A DNA stretch of 64,000 nucleotides. Source: Podarcis tiliguerta. Lineage: Eukaryota. The notes beneath the pieces were generated by a model. It was not told where the DNA came from. It saw only the letters and a list, made by a program, of their open reading frames with translations, and ran no database searches. The position numbers and the translations under genes are program-made. Location: the NCBI GenBank assembly GCA_965153285.1, contig OZ229111.1; one strand, 5' to 3'. Positions 51,791 to 64,000 of the stretch are shown here, one piece after another; position 1 is the first letter of the stretch, and every line of letters starts with the position of its first letter.

Positions 51791-52147
51791 GGGACACAGG
51801 TGGCGCTGTGGGTTATACCACAGAGCCTAGGACTTGCTGATCAGAAGGTTGGCGGTTCGAATCCCCGCAGCGGTGTGAGCTCCCGTTGCTCAGTCCCAGC
51901 TCCTGCCAACCTAGCAGTTCGAAAGCACGTCAAACTGCAAGCAGATAAATAGGTACCACTCCAGTGGGAAGGTAAACGGTGTTTCCGTGCGCTGCTCTGG
52001 TTCGCCAGAAGCAGCTTAGTCATGCTGGCCACATGACCCGGAAGCTGTACGCCGGCTCCCTCGGCCAGTAAAGCGAGATGAGCGCTGCAACCCCAGGGTT
52101 GGTCACGACTGGACCTAATGGTCAGGGGTCCCTTTACCTTTACCTTT
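51791..52147 (+). mobile_element. Sauria SINE
   Basis: Full length; TSD tatgtgttaaaata. Confidence 0.93.
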
Positions 52148-53931
52148 ATGTGTTAAAATAATTCTTAACATTCTCCTTGGAAGGACCATAGTGGACCAGC
52201 TCCACTGATCAGGTGTTAGCTTCATGGTGTTGTTTATTTAAGTAAAAGTATTTCTGTTGTGCCTTTTCTTCCTAAAAGGAATTTCCAAATTTGGCCAGCA
52301 TTGATAATAAGCACAGTAGGACAATGTGGGACCCGCACCACACCAAGAATTACAAAGCTGGACCACAGACAGGGCCGTATACACATCTTTCTGCCATAGT
52401 TCTGTTTCTGTATTATTTCTGTGCTTGATCCTTTGGTCACCCCTTGAAGTTTGATCCTAAATTTTATTTTAAAGAAGAAATTGGTACAGGGCCTCCCCAT
52501 CTCAAATGGTACTGCTGTGTAGTCAGAGGCATTTTCTCAGGTTGCCTTACAGTTCTCTTGCTTGACTGTTTTAAGCTAATCAGAATAATCCAAAGCAATA
52601 TTTTGCATCTATATAAAAAGAGAGTCACTTTCTGTGTGACACATTTCCCTCCTTTTCAAGCTTGACCTGTTTCTCACAATGGAACTCCCCTTCCGCCCTC
52701 TCTTCTCTCTAGTCTGTGCTCTACCTTCTCACATCATCCCACCTTGGCTTTATGGTAAGCTTAGAGATAATGCTTTCATTTTTATCAGGATCGAGACACC
52801 AGGAAGCACTTCTGGGGCCTCCACTTTTGACTCGTGCCACCTCATAGAGCTCCTACTTTGCCTTTGATGAGCCAAAATCCTTCTGAGGACTACACCTCAG
52901 GATTCAGGATGCATCCAAATCTGACAGACCCCACCCTACCTTATACTAATTCAAACATTTGGTCCATCTGGCTTGGCATCTCCAGTGACTGGTAGCCATG
53001 TTCCAAGAACTCAGGCACGAGTCTCTCCAAATGTCTCTCCAAACTTAAACTTGTTGCATACAAAGCAGGTGTTCTGCTACTAAACTATGTCCCCTCCCCT
53101 CACTAGGAGAACACTTGAGGTGTACGGGGACATGTTTGCAACCCCTTGTACTTTGGAGAATAGACGACAGACCTTGTGTGATCACCACTACAGAAGTGAG
53201 GTTTAAAATACATCATTCCTTTACATACTCGGTATATGGACAGAATTAGTCTCCACGCTATGAATCTGATCTAACAACAACAACAACAATTTTAAGTAAT
53301 AAGACTTGAGCTGAAAGGCTATGAGGAAGCAAATACATTGTTAGCTTCATATCCAGCCTTCCAGGCTGCTTTGAATGATCAATTCCTTTAGGAGCTGAAA
53401 ACTTCTCATTGATGCCAGAGGGAGAAGAAAGATAGACTTTCCAACCTGAAATTAATCAGAAAAATTATTCCCCTCCTTTTGAAAATCAATGCTGCTGTGA
53501 GCACATTTGCCTTTCTGTTATTCTCAGACAAGCTACACTTGGTAATGAATGTAAATCAGTTTGGCATCCATTAAGAACCAAAAGGTGGGTTTGGATCAGA
53601 TATGCCATTTCCCAGGGATTATGGTTCTATTTGCTTTTTTAAAAACAACACCACTGTTTTGTGTATACCTTTGCAATGAGCCCTTATTTAGTTTACATTT
53701 GGAAATACACTAACTTGGAAATGTTTCCCCAAAATCCCAATGAGGCCATGTACAAGGGAAACAAGAAGTTGCCTTTCATTGAGGGTGATCATGTATGCAT
53801 TGCCAGAAGGAAGAAATACATCATTGAAAAAGGATGTGGATTTGCATGAAATCTGCATATGCTAATTTATTTGAATGTAAATTTGCATGTGTTGAAATAA
53901 ATAATTTATATAATTTAAATGATAATTTAGT

Positions 53932-54093
53932 GGGGATGCTCAGTAGCTGAGCGTCTGCCTTGCAAAGCAAAAGGTCCCAAGTTCAATCCCTGGGATCTCC
54001 AGGTTGGGTTGGGTGAGACTGAAATCTTGGAAAGCTACTGCCGGTCAATGTAGACAAAGCAGAGCTAGATGGACCAAAAGGCAGCTTCCTATG
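53932..54093 (+). mobile_element. Old tRNA(Ala)-like-headed SINE
   Basis: ggggatgctcagtagctgagcgtctgccttgc...gttcaatccctgg head followed by a non-tRNA body; related minus-strand copies near 52940-53100 and 56000-56520. Confidence 0.6.
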
Positions 54094-54289
54094 CTCCAGG
54101 TGACCTATTAGTCTGCCATGTAGCTGCTATCTGTTGTTGGCAACTTCAGACTCCCTGAAAAACTTGGACTCAACAGCCCTTCAAATAAAGGACTGTCTTG
54201 TGTAAAATAGGACACATGACCACTGTACTTATGCCAAAATACGGTAGATCATAAGAACATAAGCCACGTATAAACCATCCCAGACTTTG

Positions 54290-54810
54290 TATCCATCATC
54301 TGAGGCCTTTCTTTTTGTGCCTCCTCCATGTGAGGTCTGGAGGCAACACGAGAACAGGCCTTTTCTGTGGTGGCTCCTTGTTTGTGGAATACACTTAACA
54401 GAGAGGTTTGTCTGGTGCCTTCATTATATATTTTTAGGTGCCAGGCAAAAACGTTCTTCTTCAACCAGGCCTTGGGCTGATTAATACAGTGGTACCTCAG
54501 GTTAAGTACTTAATTCGTTCCGGAGGTCTGCTCTTAACCTGAAACTGTTCTTAACCTGAAGCACCACTTTAGCTAATGGGGCCTCCTGCTGCCGCCGGAG
54601 CACAATTTCTGTTCTCATCCTGAAGCAAAGTTCTTAACCCGAGGTACTATTTCTGGGTTAGCAGAGTCTGTAAGCCAACAACAGATGTGTAACCCGAAGC
54701 ATATGTAACCCGAGGTACCACTGTACCTGCTTTGATCCTGTATTTTATTTTGTGAACTGCCCTGAGATCTTATGATGAAGGGTGGCATATAGATCTAATA
54801 AATAAAATAG
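54290..54810 (+). mobile_element. L2 3' fragment interrupted by a MITE
   Basis: Reverse complement of the 1570..2390 family. Confidence 0.72.
54487..54723. mobile_element. Tc1/mariner MITE, family A
   Basis: cagtggtacctcaggtta / taacccgaggtaccactg; TA flanks. Confidence 0.9.
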
Positions 54811-56112
54811 AATAAAAGAAGCCCTGCTGGATCCGGCCAATTGCCCATCTAGTCTGGCATCCTGTTCTCACAGTGGCCAACCGGATGCCTGCAGGAAGCT
54901 TGCAACAGGACTCTGGCCACCTGCAGTTCTGCAGGTGGTGCTTAGTGGCATAATGCTTAGTCCACCTGATGATACACAGTGGGTCTATGGGTTTTCTTCA
55001 GTGAACCTAGATGAGCCGGGGATTGAACCTTTATGACTTTCTATATGTACTCTACCACCAGGCTCTGGCCCTTCCCCTCATGACAGCAATATGGCTTGCT
55101 GTTTCTGCACAAGGGCATAGTATAGACAAAGGAAAAGTTGATGCCATTGGCCCAGTCATTTCTATGAGGCTCTGTGAATGATTGTTGTGATAGGTCACCT
55201 GCCCAAAAGCAGCTCATTCAAACAAACCAACAAATAAACCAAATTCAATCTCAAGAGCTGCCAAAGGCCTAATGGAGAGAAAGTGTGGCATGCATGATCT
55301 ATGGTGGAAAAAAATGCGTTTAATATAATAGTTCTGCAATGCACAATGTTTGGAAATGTGAGTCCAACAGATCTGGTAGGTTTTTAAAGATTGAGTGTAG
55401 AGTTTTATTATTTAAAAGGTTTTATAAATATGTTTTAAATAGACCATGGAATTGCTCTAGCAGTTTTGTGGGGTTGGAAATTACTCAGCCATTTGGTTCT
55501 TATTTTATAAAGCGAACAAGCGTTTGAACACTCATTTGATATGCTTGTTGATGCATCACAAAAAGGAGATATGCTTTGAATTCTCCTTAAAACCCTGATG
55601 TAAACATACAGCTTATGCATAATTGCAACAAAATACCATCTCCTTAGAAAGTGCTTTCACATGCAATTTCCTCTTTGACTACTGCGTGTAAACATAGTTA
55701 TTGAATTTGGGGAAATTTGTGGGCTTTAAGTGGTGCAACTGGGATCAATATCTTAACAAATGCAAATTGTATTTTAAAATGGCCTTGCTCTGCAGCAAAA
55801 TACTATAAGAGAGACAGAAATCGTTAACAAGTATGTTTCTTTAAACCTAAGAATTGCATCTGGATTCCGATTCACTTCTCCATTTGGTTTATTCCATCCC
55901 TCTGAATAAGTGTTTGGAAGAGTGTGATGTTATAGCCAGCCCCAAATGCCTCCACCCAGTGGCCTGGATTCTTCATTCATCCCTCATTTGCTGTTTCCGT
56001 TAGGAAGATGCAAGTCAGACTATTGTTGCTACCTCAGTATTGTCTACACTGATTGGTAGCATTTCTCCATGATTTCAGACAGCGATTTTTCCCATCCCTA
56101 CCTTGAGATAGA

Positions 56113-56479
56113 GGGGCGCGGGTGGCGCTGTGGGTTAAATCACAGAGCCTAGGGCTTGCCGATCAGAAGGTCAGCAGTTTGAATCCCCGCGATGGGGTGA
56201 GCGCCTGTTGCTCGGTCCCTGCTCCTGCCAACCTAGCAGTTCGAAAGCACGTCAAAGTGCAAGTAGATAAATAGGTACCGCTTCGGCGGGAAGGTAAACG
56301 GTGTTTCCGTGCGCTGTTCTGGTTCGCCAGAAGTGGCTTAGTCATGCTGGCCACATGACCCGGAAGCTGTACGTCGGCTCCCTTGGCCAATAAAGCGAGA
56401 TGAGCGCCACAACCCCAGAGTTGTCCGCGACTGGACCTAATGGTCAGGGGTCCCTTTACCTTTATCTTTACCTTTACCT
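56113..56479 (+). mobile_element. Sauria SINE inserted in an older SINE
   Basis: Full length; TSD taccttgagata/taccttgggata. Confidence 0.92.
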
Positions 56480-57726
56480 TGGGATACTGGGTATTGAACC
56501 AGAAATGCACGAGCTTCTCTTCTGCCTTCATCTCTTCTGCCTAGCTCTTTTTTTTACCTATAACACAGTGGTTCTATTTAGCAGTCACTGGTAAATTTAG
56601 TCCTATGCTATTTTACTCACTAGGTGGTGTGGAGGGGGGAGTTATTGGTTTGTGTTTTATTTAATTCTTGTTTTTATCATGTATTTTATGTTTCTATGTT
56701 GTTTTGAATCATGGATGAAAGACGGTATACATTTTAAAAACAACAACAGCCTAGGACCAAAGTAAGCACAATACTTTGCTGCCAGTAATATAACTTGCAG
56801 CTTTGAGGATTGCAAACTGAAGTAGAAGACCAGATCATGGCAAAGGGGATCTTAGGGTTCCCCCACTGTTTTTTTGTGGAGGGCAGGTGTCTTCTGCAAC
56901 GTGTCACTGATGTTCTAATAGTACAGTAGTGACAGATATATATTGGACTGACCACATGTCATTCCACTTTCTCAATTGCTCTGTGATGCTTCCCCAGTGT
57001 TACTGCATTATTGCCATCTGGAGAGGCACTCTTGCACTATAGAGTTAGAAAAGTGAGACCAACACCACCCCAACATTTGTAGCAGGAAAAGTTAAGGGAT
57101 TTCAGCAGGAAGCTATAGGGTGTGCATCAATTGGAGGTGAAGCAGAATGTTCACCCCAAAACATCTGCAGGTACAAACAGTATTGAAAATGGGGTTGCGT
57201 ATAACCACCCCAGTATCATCACAAAACATCATGAATGCAGCGGCCAAAAAAGTCTGGAGGGGCCCTTCTCTTTCCCCTTGTCCTTTTGCCTGCTAAAAAG
57301 GGCTCACAGCTAAATTTCCCCCCTCATTGAGGGATTCCCACCGGCCCCCCCCCCCAAAAAAAAACAGCACAAGCAAGAAGAGCTAAGGTAAACACAAACA
57401 TATACACACATATATAAAATGCACTGCTTTCCCCTTTTAGCATGCAGCCTCCATAGCTGCACTTTATAAAACAAAGTCTGGGACAAACTGTATGTAAGTG
57501 AGCATTGCATCGTTTGGCACTCAGTCGCACCTTGTCTCTTTTCTATCATTAATGCTAGAAAGCACAGACAGTTGCTGTACAGCTGGTCTAATTCCTTTGG
57601 CTATTAAAAGCTAAGGACTACTGTAGTCATCATCAACAGTTTCAGACGGGGGACCAAACTTTGGCCCAAACCTGCAATGGTGGAAGAGCCATTTCCAGGC
57701 CCACACTACTGTGGTAATGACTAGAT

Positions 57727-57864
57727 CAGGGTAGTCAATATGGTATCTTCCACTTTTTTCTGGACTACAATTTCCATCATCCCTGACTATTGGCCATTTT
57801 GGGTGCAGCTGATGACAGTTGTGGACCATAAACATCTGGTTGGTATCACATTGGCTACTCCCTG
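57727..57864. mobile_element. Degraded palindromic hAT MITE related to 8757..8892
   Basis: cagggtagtcaa...ggactacaatttccatcatccctga...ttggctactccctg; no clean TSD. Confidence 0.6.
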
Positions 57865-59093
57865 CTCCATATGAAAGAACCACACAGCTCTGCACATATG
57901 ACATGGTTTCTTGCCAAGTCAACTTTGTTCAACTTTTAGGAGGGTAAAAGTGGCACAGGAAGAAACCATTTCAGTCAATTCATATTATCCCCCCCCCCCC
58001 ATTACTGAAGCAGCATGGATCTAGCCTGTAAGGAAATAGCTCCCATGCTACTGTAAAATATATTAACTAGGCCTTCGAACTTGAGCACAATGTGAAACAA
58101 TAACACAATTCTGACTCCCAAACTGCCTGCAGTCTCTCAAACTATATATCTGTTTTCAGGTTCGTGTGAATCAGCCAACAGACTAGGTCTAGAATGCAGA
58201 AATCACATCAGCAGATGGAAGGAAATTTACTTTTTTTTAAAGCTCACTGGCAGTCAGACAACACATCATTATATCCATATCCATATATATTTTAAACCCA
58301 GTGAGTTCCTTAAAGCTATACATTACTTTTGCTATGTATGAAGATTGCTTATTCTTTTAAGGATATATATATATATATCCCCATTGGCAATAAGCAAAAG
58401 GCTAAAAACACTCTACTGAAATCAGTTCAGTATTTCAGGAAGAAAAATGTAACAAGAATCCAATAGTCTTGCAGTTACTGTATATACATAACTGTCCATT
58501 TCTGTGTAAATATGACAGATTCCATTTCACTTTACTTTTTCTCTTTCATGTAGACTGTATGGCATTTTTACTTTCTTAGATTCAATATTTCTTGGAACAT
58601 CTTCAATGAATTTTCAGGTTATTACTTCAACCCTTTTCTTAACGCTTGAGGGCCACAGATCTCACTCAAGCACATTAAATGATTTGAAAGGGCTCGATTT
58701 TCTTTTTTCTTTTTCTTCCCTTCGCCTCAAGTGCAATCCTTCATAGCTAGCTCATAGTTTCATAGGAGCAGTTCATATATTTCATTGTGTGTTTTTGAAC
58801 ATATATTTTTAATGGCTTCTAGAATTCATGATTATAACTTGCCCATTGGAGGTCCTTCCTCCATCTTGCCTGCAATATTGGCATTCCCTCTGTGTTATTG
58901 ACCATGGTATAACCATTATTACCCTTGATCATTTAGCTATGATTCCTGCATTGTAGGAAGTTAGACTAGGTGCCCCAGCTCCACAATTTGATGATGATTC
59001 TGTGACACTGGAGAACATAATCTCCACTGAAGATGAACCATTGCCACGGAAATAACCACAAAGACAACACAGAGAATTATTTCCGCAACCAAA

Positions 59094-59419
59094 AAAGGTA
59101 AAGGTAAAGGAAACCTGACAGTTAAGTCCAGTCACAGATGACTCAGGGGTTGCGGCCCTCATCTCACTTTACAGGCCGAGAGAGCCGCCGTTTGTCCGCT
59201 TCCACAGACAGTTTTTCTGGGTCATGTGGCCAGCATGACTAAGCTGCTTCTGGAGAAACCAGAGCAGTGCATGGAAATACCGTTTACCTTCCCGCCGGAG
59301 CAGTACCTATTTATCTACTTGCACTTTTTGGTGTGCTTTCGAACTGCTAGGTTAGCAGGAGCAGGGAACGAGCAACGGGCGCTCACCCCATCACGGGCAT
59401 TCGAACCACCAACCTTCTG
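59094..59419 (-). mobile_element. 5'-truncated Sauria SINE
   Basis: Lacks the A-box end; flanks ttccgcaaccaaa/ttccacaaccaaa. Confidence 0.88.
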
Positions 59420-59723
59420 TTCCACAACCAAAGGGACACCTAAATATCAGACAGTTATTTGGGACTGAGCAAATAGTGACTTGCAAACTTCCAATTTTGG
59501 AGGTGATGTAGTGTGTTATTTCTGGAAGAGTATGGGAAGGAATTGCTTCTGCATGCAATTCCTATGTGATGTCCAAAGACGTAGCTGCATATCTCCTATG
59601 AGGAAATAAGCACCAACTCCATACGAGTGTGTGTAGGGGGAAGCTTATGAATCTCATCACAAGGAGCTGACCGTGCCTGGCTTCACATGTTACAAATGAA
59701 GCACAAGTATAAAGCATGGGACT

Positions 59724-60342
59724 GTTGTTGTTTAGTTGTTTAGCCATTTCCGACTCTTCATGACCCCATGGACCAGAGCACGCCAGGCACTCCTGTCTTC
59801 CACTGCCTCCCGCAGTTTGGTCTAACTCATGCTGGTAGCTTTGAGAACACTGTCCAACCATCTCGTCCTCTGTCATTCCTTTCTCCTTGTGCCCTCCATC
59901 TTTCCCAACATCAGGGTCTTTTCCAGGGAGTCTTCTCTTCTCATGAGGTGGCCAAAGTATTGGAGACTCAGCTTCACGATCTGTCCTTCCAGTGAGCACT
60001 CAGGGCTGATTTCCTTAAGAATGGAGAGGTTTGATCTTCTTGCAGTCCATGGGACTCTCAAGAGTCTCCTCCAACACCATAATTCAAAAGCATAAATTCT
60101 TTGGCGATCAGCCTTCTTTATGGTCCAGCTCTCACTTCCATACATCACTACTGGGAAAACCATAGCTTTAACTATTCAGACCTTTGTTGGCAAGGTGATG
60201 TCTCTGCTTTTTAAGATGCTGTCTAGGTTTGTCATTGCTTTTCTCCCAAGAAGCAGGTGTCTTTTAATTTCGTTGAGGAACCGGCAAGCCACTCCAGTAT
60301 CCCTGCCAAGAAAACTCCATGGACAAAGACAACAGGCATATA
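59724..60342 (-). mobile_element. RTE-BovB fragment with an inverted 5' segment
   Basis: 59724..60271 closely matches 43462..44010; the whole unit is bounded by TSD aaagcatgggact (59711-59723, 60343-60355). Confidence 0.92.
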
Positions 60343-61396
60343 AAAGCATGGGACTAGACGTCTCAAAAGGCCACCTCCTCCCATGTATGTCTGCCTGCCT
60401 AACCCTTAAGATTTTCTATAACAAAATACCTTAGCACATACTACTCACAGATCAGTCTAAGAGTGACTTTAATATACCATAAAGGCTTCATCTCTAAATA
60501 TACTGTTTGCAGTTGAAATATGCATGGGACTGATCGGTAAGACATCCACAAAAGTACTGTTCCAAGAGAAGATCTATGGAAATTGAATTCAAAGGCGCTT
60601 TTTTTTTTTTTTAGGTTAAGAAACAATTCTTTCTCCCACTTTTCCTTATATTTGGCATTTAATTAGAACAATAATATTTTCTATGTCACAGATTGGTAAT
60701 GAGTGATTATCATCTAACATTTCTCTCAGGCAATTGCATATTAGTGAAAACAAAAAACAAAAAAATGTAATGTCCCCAAGACAGGGTCATTTAGGGCAGA
60801 AAATGAAAGGAAATAGGTATTTAGGTAACTGTGTGCATGGTTTTTATTTTCACTAATTTTCAGATTACTTTCGATGAGGTCTCTTCAGAGTCCAAACGTC
60901 TTTATGTGAAATAGATACTATCTAAATCATTAGAGATCATTCGTTGCCATGTGCCACCTTTTAGGGCAATTAAACCTGACCTTCGGGGTTACCTAGCTGA
61001 ACACTCATTGACCTGGGGCACTTCCTCTGAATACGAATAAGGTTGTAATACAAATGCGGTCAGAAAACAGCATCGCTCCTGGCACAGATAATGCCCTGGG
61101 TTAAATGGGACCGAAAGTCTGATGTAAGGCTTATATACCACCAGAATTTGCAGGCTGTTGATTAAGAACATTCTCTGTTGGGATTAACTCGGATTGTTGT
61201 CATTTTTCAAGCCAACATCTGGAGTCTATCCCTCCTAACCCCCTTACTGCTCAACCTCTTGCAACCCTACTCACAAACAAAAAGGGAGCATAGAACTTAG
61301 ACCACATTTGGCTGGATTTCTTTATATTAATATTTTTGTCAGCCTCTGATATATACCAAGCAATGCTCTGGATTTCCAGCCCTGTTTCAGTCTAGT

Positions 61397-61414
61397 ACAC
61401 ACACACACACACAC
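61397..61414. repeat. (CA)n microsatellite
   Basis: Read directly. Confidence 0.9.
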
Positions 61415-63270
61415 CCCTCAAGTTCAAGTTCTTTCTTTGTACTTTCAAGCTTTAGGTAGTTGTTCTTGTGGTTTAAATGGATAGCACCTGTGCACCAGAT
61501 TTATAGCCTTTTGATGTCCACATATTTATTAGGCAATTAGCTCCCATTGTGTATTGTGGCTGAGCAGTCTCCTTGGACACCCTGGAAGGCTAGCCAACTC
61601 AATGTTTCAGCTTCTCGATCTGGCAGCATAAATAAGGAAACGATCTCTACTTTTAAAAGGAGGAAATGGAGGCAAGAGGAAGTGAAGATGGGAGATTCTA
61701 GTCATGCAGCGGAATGCGAAGCAATGACTGCTAACGTCCATTAAAATAGTAGAAAATTACTTAGCAGGTAGTGTACAAAAATAAATATTTTTGTTTTTTG
61801 TCTGCAAAACATGTGGTACATTTAGGTCCCCCTAGTACGGCTAACTCTCGGCAGTTCCGAGAAATTCCAAAGCATATTTATTCCACTCTTCATAAAAGCA
61901 TCGAGGAGAAATAATGACACATGGAATTCTTTAACATGGCAGTGTGCCTTATCTTAATAGTTGCTGGCCTGAAATCTAATCCCCCTAGTGACCTACTTGA
62001 GAAATGCCTGGGACCCACCTGTTTTCTGAAAGCTGCCTTCTGAGAAACCATACATGAATTACTAATAGTGGAGCATTTGTGGCAGCTCTGTTTTTGCAGC
62101 ATATGGGAAACAACATCTAGACAGGTTTGTCTGGAAACAAAAGACCTTCTAGACCTAATACACAGTAGTGATCTAGCAGGCACATGCATTTTGGTTAGTA
62201 GGGCCATTCCTTAAAAGATCCATATTCTAAAAATGGCAGAGAGGGTTTCTGCATTTTCTGACTTGCAAAGTTCTCTTTGCCTTAATAGCCTCTATACTAT
62301 TATATAGAAGTCTTATAGCTCATTACTAGCATGTACTTACTTTCTACTACTGCTGTCAAGTACTTTCATTATGAATGAGCTTCTGTGCTTGCTTTTGGAA
62401 TTAGAGTTGTCTGGCATTAAAAATATAGACAATGGTTCGGGCAATGGCTTTGATCAAGAGTTCCCCTTTGCAGGAAGGGCAGGAGTGGTGACTTTCACTA
62501 CATTTGTCCTTAGCATCAGGGCCAGGAGAGGTGGCGGGAGCATTAAAGTGGTGTGTGGTCTTGGGAATGGACTAAAGGGCAGCCAATGAACTGAAGCTCA
62601 GTTCCAAAAAAGTGGAGTTTTGTAGGCGGTTCCCAGGTTCAGAGAGTTGGCGTTCAGCCTGTTCCCCCTAAAGGGAAAAGTTTCATAATTCAGGGACCCA
62701 AGTCTCCTCAGTAGCATGGAGTGTCTTTTAACAGTTGAGTCTGATATGCCAACTTCAGCTTCTCCTAGAAAGGGACAGTCTGGACGCACTTATCCATGGT
62801 CTGATAGCTTATTGGACTGATTAAACTAGCGCAATGCATTGTAGGTGTGGCTGTCCTTGAAAATGGTTTATTACCTGTAGCTAGTGCAGAATGTGGCTAT
62901 AAAACTTTTACCTGGTACAGGTTACTGGGAACATTCCTCACCAGTATCGCAGAGAACTTCACTGACTGCTAGTTTATCTCCAACATGACCATTCAATGTT
63001 ACAGTTTAAGGCTCAAAATGGCTTGGGCCTCGGGTATTTTATGGATCACCTTTGATTCATATCAACCTGCCTAGATAGCAAAATAATCTGTCCACTGGAG
63101 GCAAGGTTTGTGGTGTTCAAGAAAGGGGTGTTTTAGTTGTGCACCCCATCAGTGAAGTTTTCTCCCAGAGGGACCCACCTGACACTTTTGCTGTTTAGGT
63201 GTCGGGCAACACCTCTCTGTTGTGTTTAATTAGCATTCCATTTTTATGCTGATTGTATTTTATATTCATA

Positions 63271-63506
63271 CAGTGGTACCTCTAATTGCGGACTTAATCC
63301 GTTTCAGGGTGCAAAAAGTCCTCAACTAGAGCGCCACTTCTGCGCATGTGCACGGCGTAATCAAGTGCTTCTGCACGTGTGCAAAGCGTGCAGATCGCTT
63401 CTGCCTATGTTCGGGGGGTGAACCTGGAAGTAAACACTTCCAGGTTTGCCGCGTTCATAAGCTGAAAGTCTGTAACAAGAGCAGAAAGCAACACGAGGTA
63501 TGACTG
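63271..63506. mobile_element. Tc1/mariner MITE (another family)
   Basis: cagtggtacctc / gaggtatgactg; TA flanks. Confidence 0.75.
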
Positions 63507-63542
63507 TATTGCATTTTTAAAAATGTAAACCAACCTAGAACC

Positions 63543-63924
63543 AGGCCGCGGGTGGCACTGTGGTCTAAACCACTGAGCCTTGGGGTTGCTGATCAAAAGG
63601 TCGGTGGTTCAAATCTCCACTACGGGGTGAGCTCCTGTTGCTCAGTCCCAGCTCCTGCCAACCTAGCAGTTCGAAAGTAGGCCAAAAAGTGCAAGTAGAT
63701 TAATAGGTACCGCTCTGGTGGGAAAGTAAATGGTGTTTCCATGCACTGCTCTGGTTTCAGTGTTCCGTTGCACTAGAAACAGCTTAGTCATGCTGGCCAC
63801 ATGACCCCAAAAAATTGCCTGCGGAGCAGACAAACGCCAGCTCCCTCGGCCTGTAAAGTGAGATGAACACCACAACCCCAGAGTCTGGACTTAACTGTCA
63901 GGGGTCCCTTTACCCTTTACCTTT
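63543..63924 (+). mobile_element. Sauria SINE
   Basis: Full-length diverged copy; aacctag on both flanks. Confidence 0.9.
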
Positions 63925-64000
63925 TAACCTAGGACCTCCCCCATTCCCCAATAATGTGTGGTATATACTATACATTCTCTAAATAAAGAAATAAGGGCAA

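Noticed and set aside
40201-63875. Recurrent 'MASMTKLLL...SGTYLSTCTLTCFRTARLAGAG' ORFs suggesting a gene family
   Set aside because: All are translations of Sauria SINE copies.
1-64000. Prokaryote-style systems (CRISPR arrays, operons, defence islands)
   Set aside because: The sequence is intron-containing vertebrate DNA; no regularly spaced repeat-spacer array or gene-dense operon is present.
25400-64000. BARX1 or other protein-coding exons downstream of PHF2
   Set aside because: No homeobox or other recognisable peptide and no CpG island was seen.

Overview
Vertebrate genomic DNA, almost certainly from a squamate reptile and probably a lacertid lizard. The evidence is Sauria/POM-type SINEs, RTE-BovB, a Squam3-like SINE, and L2/CR1 remnants. 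The first ~25 kb holds the last 11 coding exons of PHF2 (PHD finger/JmjC protein) on the + strand. I assembled these by hand with canonical GT-AG junctions and consistent phases: 1896 nt, 631 aa plus stop, ending ...[25 protein letters not shown] ~3.5 kb 3'UTR follows. The remaining ~39 kb has no recognisable host gene. It is a mosaic of SINEs, LINE fragments, Tc1/mariner and hAT MITEs and solo LTRs, with several repeat-free, motif-dense blocks that may be enhancers (in human, recalled synteny places the BARX1 gene desert 3' of PHF2). I found no convincing novel multi-gene system. The best leads are transposon architectures (a BovB copy with a 5' inversion, a three-level MITE>LTR>MITE nest, repeated MITE insertion into the same L2 tail), candidate alternative 3' splicing of PHF2, lineage-specific low-complexity changes in PHF2, and a CTCF-like site just past the gene end. 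Comparisons with human PHF2 and repeat family names are from memory, not from searches.
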